Origin: Amphiscolops sp. MND2022
Lineage: Eukaryota
Assembly (NCBI GenBank): GCA_964187785.1
Contig: OZ076409.1
Span: 16,556,001 to 16,620,000, forward strand
Length of the DNA stretch: 64,000 bases
Reading direction: 5' to 3'
Position 1 is the stretch's first letter; each line of letters begins with the position of its first letter. A program made the translations under genes and the position numbers. The notes below the pieces were generated by a model that was given only the letters and a program-made list of their open reading frames with translations, was not told the DNA's origin and ran no database searches. Positions 1 through 10,583 of this stretch are shown here, in pieces.

Positions 1-89
1 GTTCTCGTCCGATCACCGAAGTTAAACAACATAGGGCCTGGTTAGTACTTGGATGGGAGACCGCTTGGGAACACCAGGTGTTGTAGCCT
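1..89 (+). rRNA. 5S rRNA (partial, 3' part)
   Basis: Window edge. Confidence 0.95.
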
Positions 90-99
90 TTTTTGTCAG

Positions 100-352
100 A
101 AATGTGGTTTAACTTCGGTGACAGTTTTGCAAAAGGGGTCAAATTGAAAAGATAGCAAAAAACGGACAACGCCATTAGAAAGAGCGTCCAAAAAAACCCC
201 CATGCTGAAATTTTCGCCGCCATCACTTGAATTTTCATTGAGTTATGTCATTTTTACTATTTTCACAAAATGTGGTTTAACTTCGGTGACAGTTTTGCAA
301 AAGGGGTCAAAATGAACAGATAGCAAAAAACGGACAACGGCATTGGAAAGAG
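100..352 (+). repeat. Spacer sub-repeat: two ~85-bp direct copies (100-184, 268-352) in every unit
   Basis: AAATGTGGTTTAACTTCGGTGACAGTTTTGCAAAAGGGGTCAAA...GAAAGAG repeated at 168-bp offset with few mismatches. Confidence 0.95.
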
Positions 353-647
353 GGCCCAAAATTACCCCTAAAACGTGTTTTTCACACTCCTGAGTCGACT
401 TTTGATAATACATGGAATTTCATTTTTAAGCTTACTAATTTATGCTTTTCAGCATACATTTTCGTAATAGAGTCAAAATTTTGCTTTCTCACAATTTTTC
501 TGGAATATTTTTGTTTCATCAGATGTCAATAACTTGAAACGTCGTCTTTTCATGAGAATTTCTCCTCAAAACAAGTTGTTGGCTGGTAATGGTAAGTCCG
601 TACCGCAGATAGGAGTCTCGCGCTCCAAAAATTGACTCTTTGCTTTT

Positions 648-756
648 AGCCTAATTGTTGTGATAAACTTATTAAATAGGTAAGTATTCCAACCCTATTG
701 ATAAGTTTTATTTGAAAGCAGACTGCGAAAGTGGTCTGCTGCCCAATTTTTTGAAC
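648..756 (+). ncRNA. Putative spliced-leader (SL) RNA gene, representative copy; 3' end approximate
   Basis: AT-rich exon 648-679 ending AG; donor GTAAGT at 680; stem AAACTTATTAAATAGG/CCTATTGATAAGTTT enclosing the donor; hairpin AGCAGACTGC-GAAA-GTGGTCTGCT 717-740; Sm site AATTTTTTGA 745-754; linked to 5S. Other uninterrupted starts: 6617, 7522, 8427, 9332, 10237, 11142, 12047, 12952, 19872, 20777, 21682, 22587, 23492, 24397, 25302, 26207, 28126, 29031, 29936, 30841, 31746, 32651, 33556, 34461, 41218, 42123, 43028, 43933, 44838, 45743, 51630, 52535, 53440, 54344, 55249, 61901, 62806, 63711. Confidence 0.85.
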
Positions 757-848
757 AAGGAACAAGCTAGTCTGCACTAACTTAAAAGTTACGCGTATTT
801 TGACCGAGAAAATTTTCGTATCATTGTACGTAATTTTGTTGTTAAGCA

Positions 849-854
849 TATAAA
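849..854 (+). promoter_or_regulatory. TATA-like box at -27 of 5S (each unit)
   Basis: TATAAA 27 nt upstream of 5S +1, a typical position for upstream elements of 5S genes. Confidence 0.65.
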
Positions 855-875
855 GCTATTGATTTTACAATGATC

Positions 876-994
876 GGCTACGACCATACCATGTTGAATG
901 CACCGGTTCTCGTCCGATCACCGAAGTTAAACAACATAGGGCCTGGTTAGTACTTGGATGGGAGACCGCTTGGGAACACCAGGTGTTGTAGCCT
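876..994 (+). rRNA. 5S rRNA
   Basis: GGCTACGACCATACC...CTCGTCCGATCACCGAAGTTAA...GTTAGTACTTGGATGGGAGACC...GTGTTGTAGCCT; 119 nt, paired ends, T6 terminator. Confidence 0.98.
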
Positions 995-999
995 TTTTT
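994..999 (+). terminator. Pol III terminator T6 (each unit)
   Basis: GTAGCC-TTTTTT at the 5S 3' end. Confidence 0.9.
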
Positions 1000-1594
1000 G
1001 TCAGAAATGTGGTTTAACTTCGGTGACAGTTTTGCAAAAGGGGTCAAATTGAAAAGATAGCAAAAAACGGACAACGCCATTAGAAAGAGCGTCCAAAAAA
1101 ACCCCCATGCTGAAATTTTCGCCGCCATCACTTGAATTTTCATTGAGTTATGTCATTTTTACTATTTTCACAAAATGTGGTTTAACTTCGGTGACAGTTT
1201 TGCAAAAGGGGTCAAAATGAACAGATAGCAAAAAACGGACAACGGCATTGGAAAGAGGGCCCAAAATTACCCCTAAAACGTGTTTTTCACACTCCTGAGT
1301 CGACTTTTGATAATACATGGAATTTCATTTTTAAGCTTACTAATTTATGCTTTTCAGCATACATTTTCGTAAGAGTCAAAATTTTGCTTTCTCACAATTT
1401 TTCTGGAATATTTTTGTTTCATCAGATGTCAATAACTTGAAACGTCGTCTTTTCATGAGAATTTCTCCTCAAAACAAGTTGTTGGCTGGTAATGGTAAGT
1501 CCGTACCGCAGATAGGAGTCTCGCGCTCCAAAAATTGACTCTTTGCTTTTAGCCTAATTGTTGTGATAAACTTATTAAATAGGTAAGTATTCCA

Positions 1595-2486
1595 GGTATG
1601 GCCGGTGCGAGACGACCGAACCTACAGATTCTACCCGTGCAATGTCAGCATCAAGATTCAAAATGCCCTGCCCAATCTGACTAACGAAGAAATCAAGAAC
1701 GAACTGAAACTACCCGAAGGCATTACTGCGAACGACGACTTGAACTTCAAAACAGTCAGCATTGGGCCGTACATGAAAGTCTTTGATGGAACAGCGACAA
1801 TCTCTGCCACTGTTCAATCTGCCGAGCAAATGGAAGAAATGAAAAACTGGTCGCGCAAATCTTTCTTTGAAGAAAAACAAGTTAGAAATCAAGTGACTCA
1901 GATGTATGCTCCTAACATCATGACATGTACTTTCTGTGAAAAGAAAGGCTCCTTCTACAGAGGTCATGATGACACTTGGTGCACAAAGAAAACGAAAGAA
2001 GAACGCGAACTGGAAAAAAAAGCGAAGGCGATCGAAGACGAAGGCGACGTCTTCACAGCCGACGAACAAAGTGTACACAACGAACAAATCGCAAAAATCA
2101 GAAACGACAGCTGTGCATCAACATCAAGCAGAAATAATAAAAGACGACGCAGCACACCAAAGCGCGCCAACTCGGAAAAAAACCCACGACTCAGTGCGAG
2201 ACAGCGAACCAGCCAAATACCAAAGATGAAAGCAAAAGCTCAAAATGAGAACAAACCCGAACAGAAAGAAAGTACAAGTCAAACTGCAAACAACAACAGT
2301 GATAACAATGACGAGAATGAAGAACAAGATACCACAAGCACGAAGAACGCAGATACCGAAAACAGATTGCCGAAACCGCTGAACATGAGAGATTTTGTGG
2401 ATGCAATGAATCCAATCCATCACATAGAAACAAATGAAACAACAAACAACAACGTCAACGAAACAAACAATACGAAGACGAAATGA
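1595..2486 (+). pseudogene. 5'-truncated ORF1 of A1
   Basis: Matches the C-terminal ~295 aa of the 397-aa ORF1 at 56577; lacks the start codon. Confidence 0.9.
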
Positions 2487-5400
2487 CGATGCCCAACATT
2501 GTTAGTTTCAATTGTAGGGGTCTTGGCAATCCCTTGAAACTCACAAGCCTAATTGCAAATACTGACATCAACAATGACGTCATTGCAATTCAAGAAACTA
2601 AAATGAAAAAACTAAAGAAAAAACATTTGAAAATACTCGAGTCCTACGACCTGAATTACGTAATCAGCCCATGCGACAAATCAAAAGCGGGCGGCCTGCT
2701 GCTTTTGTTCAAAGCAAAACATAACGTAGAGCTGGTTACCCAAAACAAGTCTTTTCAAATTATAAAGATGTCAAACCAAGCCACTGAAACAAAGATGGCC
2801 AATGTTTACATATGCCCCAGTTGGAGTATAAGCAAAATCAATGAAGAACTTGAAGACCTGAAACTCAACTTGGAATCAAAGCATCTCAGGCATATTGAAC
2901 CATGTGTAATAGTTGGTGACTTGAATTGTTTCGATGACGTCACAAGAAACAAACATCCTCAATATGCAAAACACAAAGTCATACTGAAAGCGTTTGAAAA
3001 AATGGGCTTGATGGACATGGCAGTGAAGCTTGAGAATATCGAGAACACACACTTCGCGCCAGCCCAAAAACCATCGCGCCTGGATTATATCTTCTCAAAT
3101 GTTGTGAGTCAGAAACAAGAAATCAGAACGATCAAGACATGCTTCTCAGATCACCGAATTTTGCGCCTGTCAAGCAAGCATAAGGCCGAGCAAGGTCAAA
3201 AGATCTTTAGAATGGATGACACAACTGTTGATGAAAACGTCAAAACCCTGAAAACGCTGATTTCACAAACAAATGGCTTGACCGGTGAACAGCTAGCGAA
3301 TGATGCGTATCTCACAATGAAAAATGAAATTTCCAACTTTCTAAGACAGGCTAGCATATGGAGAGCAAGAAATAACAAAGACAGACTGCTCAAGGGGCCC
3401 GACGCAGAAGCTGAGCAGAATCTTGCAAAAAGAATGCTAGCAGCAGTGAAGGTCAAATGCACTGACCTGAATGAAGGAAACTTGAAGATTGTTAAAAAGT
3501 ACTGCTCTGACAATGCAAACAACCAAAGCAACGCGATCAAGAAGCTGAAAACACAGAAAGATCGAATTGTCTCAAGTGAGAATGAGATCATAGATGAGGT
3601 TACAAAGTACTACAGTAAGCTCTACGCCAACGAACCAATTGATGAGAAGAAACAAGAGTGCCTCATCACAAACTTCAAAAAACAGATCTCTGAAGATGAA
3701 AGAGAACGTCTAACTCAGCAAATCACCCTAGACGAAATCAAAAATGCGATTGACAATCTGAACAAAGAAAGCGCGCCAGGCCCAGATGGACTCACCCCAA
3801 AACTGTTTCAAACGTTCAAAGAAGAATTCAGTCTTATGTTTCAAAAGATGTTTGAACATGCTGCAGACGGTAACAACTTACCAATGGCATTCAACCAAGC
3901 CTTCATTAGACTACTTCCGAAAAGTGGTGATCTGACAACATTGAAGAACTGGAGACCAATAAGCCTGATCAACACTGACAGCAAGATTTTTTCAGCAGTA
4001 ATTGCAAACAGAATGAAAAGTAGCCTCCGCGAAATCATCCACCCAGATCAATGCGCATATTTGAAAGGCAGACAAATGTCAAACGCCACACTGCTACTAA
4101 AATCTCTGTGCACAAACAAAAGAATGAAAAAAACTTTGACACTAGCTGGACTCGACTTCAGCAAAGCCTTCGACAGGGTAGATCGTTCGTACTTGCTGAA
4201 ACTTATAAAACATGTGGGATTCCCTCCCAACATATACAACATGATAGAGCAACTGTACAAAGATACACGATCTAACGTTCTAGTCAACTCCTTCATCACA
4301 AGACGAATACAGCAAGAAAGAGGAGTGAAACAAGGCTGCCCAGTCTCAGCTCTTTTGTTCATCCTAGCTATTGAGCCATTGCTTGAACTACTGAGATCGT
4401 CATCGAGCCTGACTGGAATCGCAAAAGGAAAATTGAAGAAAAAAATCATTGCATATGCTGATGACGTCACAATGTTAGTTGAGAATGAAGAACAACTGAA
4501 GCAAGCAATTCAAACGGTTGAAGACTTTGGCAAAAGCACCCAATTCGCCTTGAACGCTGACAAAACGGAACAGTTTGACCTGAATCGAAGAAATGAAGAT
4601 CAAAAGATCAAACTCCTCGGTTTGTATTTGTTCAGCAACCAAAAAAGTGAAAAGCAGCACTACCAGCAACAACTGATCCAAGAAAGCGAAAGAGCAAAGA
4701 AAGTGTGTAGACCATCAATGTCGATGAAAACGAAAAGTTGCGTCATGAAAGCCTTCGTAATGCCAAAAATAGTGTTCCATGCGAAAGCCTCAAACTGTGA
4801 TCGAGCAACTTGGAAAAAAGTTCAACGAAACCTAAAACAAGGACTTCACAACAATAGGAGCAATCAGATTTCAGAACGCCTTCTTTTTCAAAGCACCAAT
4901 GAAGGCGGTGTTGGCTTCCCATGCGTGAAGACCTATGCAAGCACTTCTTTTCTGATGGATGTGTGGAGAGCAGTTTTCCACAATGACGATCACTTTATTG
5001 CACTCGAAATCAAAGAAGCAGTAGAAGACGAGAAAAGTTACGTTCACAGCAAACTGAAACAAATGAAAACGATAACGAAAGCGCGAGCGATAACTTTCAA
5101 GCGAGAACACATAGAGTTTGTGACAAGTGAAGGACTAACAAAAATCCCTGCTACTTCAAAAGCAATATACGCTTTTGCAATCCGCCGACAGCATGCAGAC
5201 TTCGTAGATGAAAGAATCATGAAAGCGGGATCAAAACTTCAAACATCACCCCAACAACTTCTGTACACACTCAAAGCAATTTGGAGAAGCAACAAATTGA
5301 ACCCTGTTCAACGAGACGTCTTCTATAATTTCAGTTTCAATCTTTACCGAGACAAAGTATTCCTCCATGCAGCTGGCTACAAGTCTGATGATGACTGTTT

Positions 5401-5650
5401 CCTTTGCGGAACAAGTAAACAAACACATGAGCATCTGATCCTAGATTGTCAAAAAACAAAGCAGATTGCTGAAACCCTTGGAATTCGCAGCATGAAAGAT
5501 CTGTACCAGCAGGCAGAACAAGACACATGGAAAAAAGTCAGATTCGTAACAACTCTGCTCATATGTTCATGGACCGACAACAAGCAAGAAGTGGAACAAA
5601 TGATTCACAACTTTCCCATCACTATCAAGCAAGTTGGCACAGTGGCTTAG
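2483..5650 (+). CDS. ORF2: APE endonuclease, reverse transcriptase and C-terminal CCHC finger (L1/Tx1-like), 1055 aa
   Basis: SFNCRGL, IQET, GDLN, SRLDY, SDH; PGPDG, WRPISLIN, DFSKAFD, GVKQGCP, YADD; CFLC..H..C. Confidence 0.97.
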   Translation: MTMPNIVSFNCRGLGNPLKLTSLIANTDINNDVIAIQETKMKKLKKKHLKILESYDLNYVISPCDKSKAGGLLLLFKAKHNVELVTQNKSFQIIKMSNQATETKMANVYICPSWSISKINEELEDLKLNLESKHLRHIEPCVIVGDLNCFDDVTRNKHPQYAKHKVILKAFEKMGLMDMAVKLENIENTHFAPAQKPSRLDYIFSNVVSQKQEIRTIKTCFSDHRILRLSSKHKAEQGQKIFRMDDTTVDENVKTLKTLISQTNGLTGEQLANDAYLTMKNEISNFLRQASIWRARNNKDRLLKGPDAEAEQNLAKRMLAAVKVKCTDLNEGNLKIVKKYCSDNANNQSNAIKKLKTQKDRIVSSENEIIDEVTKYYSKLYANEPIDEKKQECLITNFKKQISEDERERLTQQITLDEIKNAIDNLNKESAPGPDGLTPKLFQTFKEEFSLMFQKMFEHAADGNNLPMAFNQAFIRLLPKSGDLTTLKNWRPISLINTDSKIFSAVIANRMKSSLREIIHPDQCAYLKGRQMSNATLLLKSLCTNKRMKKTLTLAGLDFSKAFDRVDRSYLLKLIKHVGFPPNIYNMIEQLYKDTRSNVLVNSFITRRIQQERGVKQGCPVSALLFILAIEPLLELLRSSSSLTGIAKGKLKKKIIAYADDVTMLVENEEQLKQAIQTVEDFGKSTQFALNADKTEQFDLNRRNEDQKIKLLGLYLFSNQKSEKQHYQQQLIQESERAKKVCRPSMSMKTKSCVMKAFVMPKIVFHAKASNCDRATWKKVQRNLKQGLHNNRSNQISERLLFQSTNEGGVGFPCVKTYASTSFLMDVWRAVFHNDDHFIALEIKEAVEDEKSYVHSKLKQMKTITKARAITFKREHIEFVTSEGLTKIPATSKAIYAFAIRRQHADFVDERIMKAGSKLQTSPQQLLYTLKAIWRSNKLNPVQRDVFYNFSFNLYRDKVFLHAAGYKSDDDCFLCGTSKQTHEHLILDCQKTKQIAETLGIRSMKDLYQQAEQDTWKKVRFVTTLLICSWTDNKQEVEQMIHNFPITIKQVGTVA

Positions 5651-5939
5651 CCAAAGACCATGAGTCAAACAAACGAGGTTCGAACCTCTGACGGAACCAA
5701 GACACAAACATGAAAAAAACTCTTTTACCTTATTGTTTGAAAGGTAAGTATTCCAACCCTATTGATAAGTTTTATTTGAAAGCAGACTGCGAAAGTGGTC
5801 TGCTGCCCAATTTTTTGAACAAGGAACAAGCTAGTCTGCACTAACTTAAAAGTTACGCGTATTTTGACCGAGAAAATTTTCGTATCATTGTACGTAATTT
5901 TGTTGTTAAGCATATAAAGCTATTGATTTTACAATGATC

Positions 5940-6058
5940 GGCTTCGACCATACCATGTTGAATGCACCGGTTCTCGTCCGATCACCGAAGTTAAACAACA
6001 TAGGGCCTGGTTAGTACTTGGATGGGAGACCGCTTGGGAACACCAGGTGTTGTAGCCT
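5940..6058 (+). rRNA. 5S rRNA (A5T variant)
   Basis: As 876-994, with T at 5944. Confidence 0.95.
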
Positions 6059-6616
6059 TTTTTGTCAGAAATGTGGTTTAACTTCGGTGACAGTTTTGCA
6101 AAAGGGGTCAAATTGAAAAGATAGCAAAAAACGGACAACGCCATTAGAAAGAGCGTCCAAAAAAACCCCCATGCTGAAATTTTCGCCGCCATCACTTGAA
6201 TTTTCATTGAGTTATGTCATTTTTACTATTTTCACAAAATGTGGTTTAACTTCGGTGACAGTTTTGCAAAAGGGGTCAAAATGAACAGATAGCAAAAAAC
6301 GGACAACGGCATTGGAAAGAGGGCCCAAAATTACCCCTAAAACGTGTTTTTCACACTCCTGAGTCGACTTTTGATAATACATGGAATTTCATTTTTAAGC
6401 TTACTAATTTATGCTTTTCAGCATACATTTTCGTAATAGAGTCAAAATTTTGCTTTCTCACAATTTTTCTGGAATATTTTTGTTTCATCAGATGTCAATA
6501 ACTTGAAACGTCGTCTTTTCATGAGAATTTCTCCTCAAAACAAGTTGTTGGCTGGTAATGGTAAGTCCGTACCGCAGATAGGAGTCTCGCGCTCCAAAAA
6601 TTGACTCTTTGCTTTT

Positions 6617-6725
6617 AGCCTAATTGTTGTGATAAACTTATTAAATAGGTAAGTATTCCAACCCTATTGATAAGTTTTATTTGAAAGCAGACTGCGAAAG
6701 TGGTCTGCTGCCCAATTTTTTGAAC
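6617..6725 (+). ncRNA. Putative SL RNA gene (first intact copy of block 2)
   Basis: Same sequence as 648-756. Confidence 0.85.
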
Positions 6726-6844
6726 AAGGAACAAGCTAGTCTGCACTAACTTAAAAGTTACGCGTATTTTGACCGAGAAAATTTTCGTATCATTGTACGT
6801 AATTTTGTTGTTAAGCATATAAAGCTATTGATTTTACAATGATC

Positions 6845-6963
6845 GGCTACGACCATACCATGTTGAATGCACCGGTTCTCGTCCGATCACCGAAGTTAAA
6901 CAACATAGGGCCTGGTTAGTACTTGGATGGGAGACCGCTTGGGAACACCAGGTGTTGTAGCCT
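6845..6963 (+). rRNA. 5S rRNA
   Basis: As 876-994. Confidence 0.98.
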
Positions 6964-7749
6964 TTTTTGTCAGAAATGTGGTTTAACTTCAGTGACAGTT
7001 TTGCAAAAGGGGTCAAATTGAAAAGATAGCAAAAAACGGACAACGCCATTAGAAAGAGCGTCCAAAAAAACCCCCATGCTGAAATTTTCGCCGCCATCAC
7101 TTGAATTTTCATTGAGTTATGTCATTTTTACTATTTTCACAAAATGTGGTTTAACTTCGGTGACAGTTTTGCAAAAGGGGTCAAAATGAACAGATAGCAA
7201 AAAACGGACAACGGCATTGGAAAGAGGGCCCAAAATTACCCCTAAAACGTGTTTTTCACACTCCTGAGTCGACTTTTGATAATACATGGAATTTCATTTT
7301 TAAGCTTACTAATTTATGCTTTTCAGCATACATTTTCGTAATAGAGTCAAAATTTTGCTTTCTCACAATTTTTCTGGAATATTTTTGTTTCATCAGATGT
7401 CAATAACTTGAAACGTCGTCTTTTCATGAGAATTTCTCCTCAAAACAAGTTGTTGGCTGGTAATGGTAAGTCCGTACCGCAGATAGGAGTCTCGCGCTCC
7501 AAAAATTGACTCTTTGCTTTTAGCCTAATTGTTGTGATAAACTTATTAAATAGGTAAGTATTCCAACCCTATTGATAAGTTTTATTTGAAAGCAGACTGC
7601 GAAAGTGGTCTGCTGCCCAATTTTTTGAACAAGGAACAAGCTAGTCTGCACTAACTTAAAAGTTACGCGTATTTTGACCGAGAAAATTTTCGTATCATTG
7701 TACGTAATTTTGTTGTTAAGCATATAAAGCTATTGATTTTACAATGATC

Positions 7750-7868
7750 GGCTACGACCATACCATGTTGAATGCACCGGTTCTCGTCCGATCACCGAAG
7801 TTAAACAACATAGGGCCTGGTTAGTACTTGGATGGGAGACCGCTTGGGAACACCAGGTGTTGTAGCCT
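7750..7868 (+). rRNA. 5S rRNA
   Basis: As 876-994. Confidence 0.98.
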
Positions 7869-8654
7869 TTTTTGTCAGAAATGTGGTTTAACTTCGGTGA
7901 CAGTTTTGCAAAAGGGGTCAAATTGAAAAGATAGCAAAAAACGGACAACGCCATTAGAAAGAGCGTCCAAAAAAACCCCCATGCTGAAATTTTCGCCGCC
8001 ATCACTTGAATTTTCATTGAGTTATGTCATTTTTACTATTTTCACAAAATGTGGTTTAACTTCGGTGACAGTTTTGCAAAAGGGGTCAAAATGAACAGAT
8101 AGCAAAAAACGGACAACGGCATTGGAAAGAGGGCCCAAAATTACCCCTAAAACGTGTTTTTCACACTCCTGAGTCGACTTTTGATAATACATGGAATTTC
8201 ATTTTTAAGCTTACTAATTTATGCTTTTCAGCATACATTTTCGTAATAGAGTCAAAATTTTGCTTTCTCACAATTTTTCTGGAATATTTTTGTTTCATCA
8301 GATGTCAATAACTTGAAACGTCGTCTTTTCATGAGAATTTCTCCTCAAAACAAGTTGTTGGCTGGTAATGGTAAGTCCGTACCGCAGATAGGAGTCTCGC
8401 GCTCCAAAAATTGATTCTTTGCTTTTAGCCTAATTGTTGTGATAAACTTATTAAATAGGTAAGTATTCCAACCCTATTGATAAGTTTTATTTGAAAGCAG
8501 ACTGCGAAAGTGGTCTGCTGCCCAATTTTTTGAACAAGGAACAAGCTAGTCTGCACTAACTTAAAAGTTACGCGTATTTTGACCGAGAAAATTTTCGTAT
8601 CATTGTACGTAATTTTGTTGTTAAGCATATAAAGCTATTGATTTTACAATGATC

Positions 8655-8773
8655 GGCTACGACCATACCATGTTGAATGCACCGGTTCTCGTCCGATCAC
8701 CGAAGTTAAACAACATAGGGCCTGGTTAGTACTTGGATGGGAGACCGCTTGGGAACACCAGGTGTTGTAGCCT
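8655..8773 (+). rRNA. 5S rRNA
   Basis: As 876-994. Confidence 0.98.
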
Positions 8774-9559
8774 TTTTTGTCAGAAATGTGGTTTAACTTC
8801 GGTGACAGTTTTGCAAAAGGGGTCAAATTGAAAAGATAGCAAAAAACGGACAACGCCATTAGAAAGAGCGTCCAAAAAAACCCCCATGCTGAAATTTTCG
8901 CCGCCATCACTTGAATTTTCATTGAGTTATGTCATTTTTACTATTTTCACAAAATGTGGTTTAACTTCGGTGACAGTTTTGCAAAAGGGGTCAAAATGAA
9001 CAGATAGCAAAAAACGGACAACGGCATTGGAAAGAGGGCCCAAAATTACCCCTAAAACGTGTTTTTCACACTCCTGAGTCGACTTTTGATAATACATGGA
9101 ATTTCATTTTTAAGCTTACTAATTTATGCTTTTCAGCATACATTTTCGTAATAGAGTCAAAATTTTGCTTTCTCACAATTTTTCTGGAATATTTTTGTTT
9201 CATCAGATGTCAATAACTTGAAACGTCGTCTTTTCATGAGAATTTCTCCTCAAAACAAGTTGTTGGCTGGTAATGGTAAGTCCGTACCGCAGATAGGAGT
9301 CTCGCGCTCCAAAAATTGATTCTTTGCTTTTAGCCTAATTGTTGTGATAAACTTATTAAATAGGTAAGTATTCCAACCCTATTGATAAGTTTTATTTGAA
9401 AGCAGACTGCGAAAGTGGTCTGCTGCCCAATTTTTTGAACAAGGAACAAGCTAGTCTGCACTAACTTAAAAGTTACGCGTATTTTGACCGAGAAAATTTT
9501 CGTATCATTGTACGTAATTTTGTTGTTAAGCATATAAAGCTATTGATTTTACAATGATC

Positions 9560-9678
9560 GGCTACGACCATACCATGTTGAATGCACCGGTTCTCGTCCG
9601 ATCACCGAAGTTAAACAACATAGGGCCTGGTTAGTACTTGGATGGGAGACCGCTTGGGAACACCAGGTGTTGTAGCCT
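9560..9678 (+). rRNA. 5S rRNA
   Basis: As 876-994. Confidence 0.98.
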
Positions 9679-10464
9679 TTTTTGTCAGAAATGTGGTTTA
9701 ACTTCGGTGACAGTTTTGCAAAAGGGGTCAAATTGAAAAGATAGCAAAAAACGGACAACGCCATTAGAAAGAGCGTCCAAAAAAACCCCCATGCTGAAAT
9801 TTTCGCCGCCATCACTTGAATTTTCATTGAGTTATGTCATTTTTACTATTTTCACAAAATGTGGTTTAACTTCGGTGACAGTTTTGCAAAAGGGGTCAAA
9901 ATGAACAGATAGCAAAAAACGGACAACGGCATTGGAAAGAGGGCCCAAAATTACCCCTAAAACGTGTTTTTCACACTCCTGAGTCGACTTTTGATATTAC
10001 ATGGAATTTCATTTTTAAGCTTACTAATTTATGCTTTTCAGCATACATTTTCGTAATAGAGTCAAAATTTTGCTTTCTCACAATTTTTCTGGAATATTTT
10101 TGTTTCATCAGATGTCAATAACTTGAAACGTCGTCTTTTCATGAGAATTTCTCCTCAAAACAAGTTGTTGGCTGGTAATGGTAAGTCCGTACCGCAGATA
10201 GGAGTCTCGCGCTCCAAAAATTGACTCTTTGCTTTTAGCCTAATTGTTGTGATAAACTTATTAAATAGGTAAGTATTCCAACCCTATTGATAAGTTTTAT
10301 TTGAAAGCAGACTGCGAAAGTGGTCTGCTGCCCAATTTTTTGAACAAGGAACAAGCTAGTCTGCACTAACTTAAAAGTTACGCGTATTTTGACCGAGAAA
10401 ATTTTCGTATCATTGTACGTAATTTTGTTGTTAAGCATATAAAGCTATTGATTTTACAATGATC

Positions 10465-10583
10465 GGCTACGACCATACCATGTTGAATGCACCGGTTCTC
10501 GTCCGATCACCGAAGTTAAACAACATAGGGCCTGGTTAGTACTTGGATGGGAGACCGCTTGGGAACACCAGGTGTTGTAGCCT
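10465..10583 (+). rRNA. 5S rRNA
   Basis: As 876-994. Confidence 0.98.

Larger units (their letters stand above)
1595..5741 (+). mobile_element. Non-LTR retrotransposon family A, copy A1 (5'-truncated), inserted at SL splice donor
   Basis: TSD AGGTAAGTATTCCA at 1581-1594 and 5742-5755; starts inside ORF1 relative to copy A2; ends ...CTTATTGTTTGAA. Confidence 0.95.

Noticed and set aside
678..687. U1 snRNA 5' end (ATACTTACCT) on the minus strand
   Set aside because: It is just the complement of a consensus splice donor; no further U1 sequence follows
646..1143. Recurrent minus-strand 67-aa and 92-aa ORFs in each unit
   Set aside because: They are antisense to the SL and 5S genes, have no protein motifs, and recur only because the unit is repeated
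1710..5528. Short minus-strand and alternate-frame ORFs inside the retrotransposons
   Set aside because: Shadow ORFs of biased coding sequence, not shared across families
5742..6058. Elements as 5S-targeting (Mutsu-like) insertions
   Set aside because: All 5S genes are uninterrupted; junctions lie ~200-230 bp upstream, in the SL gene
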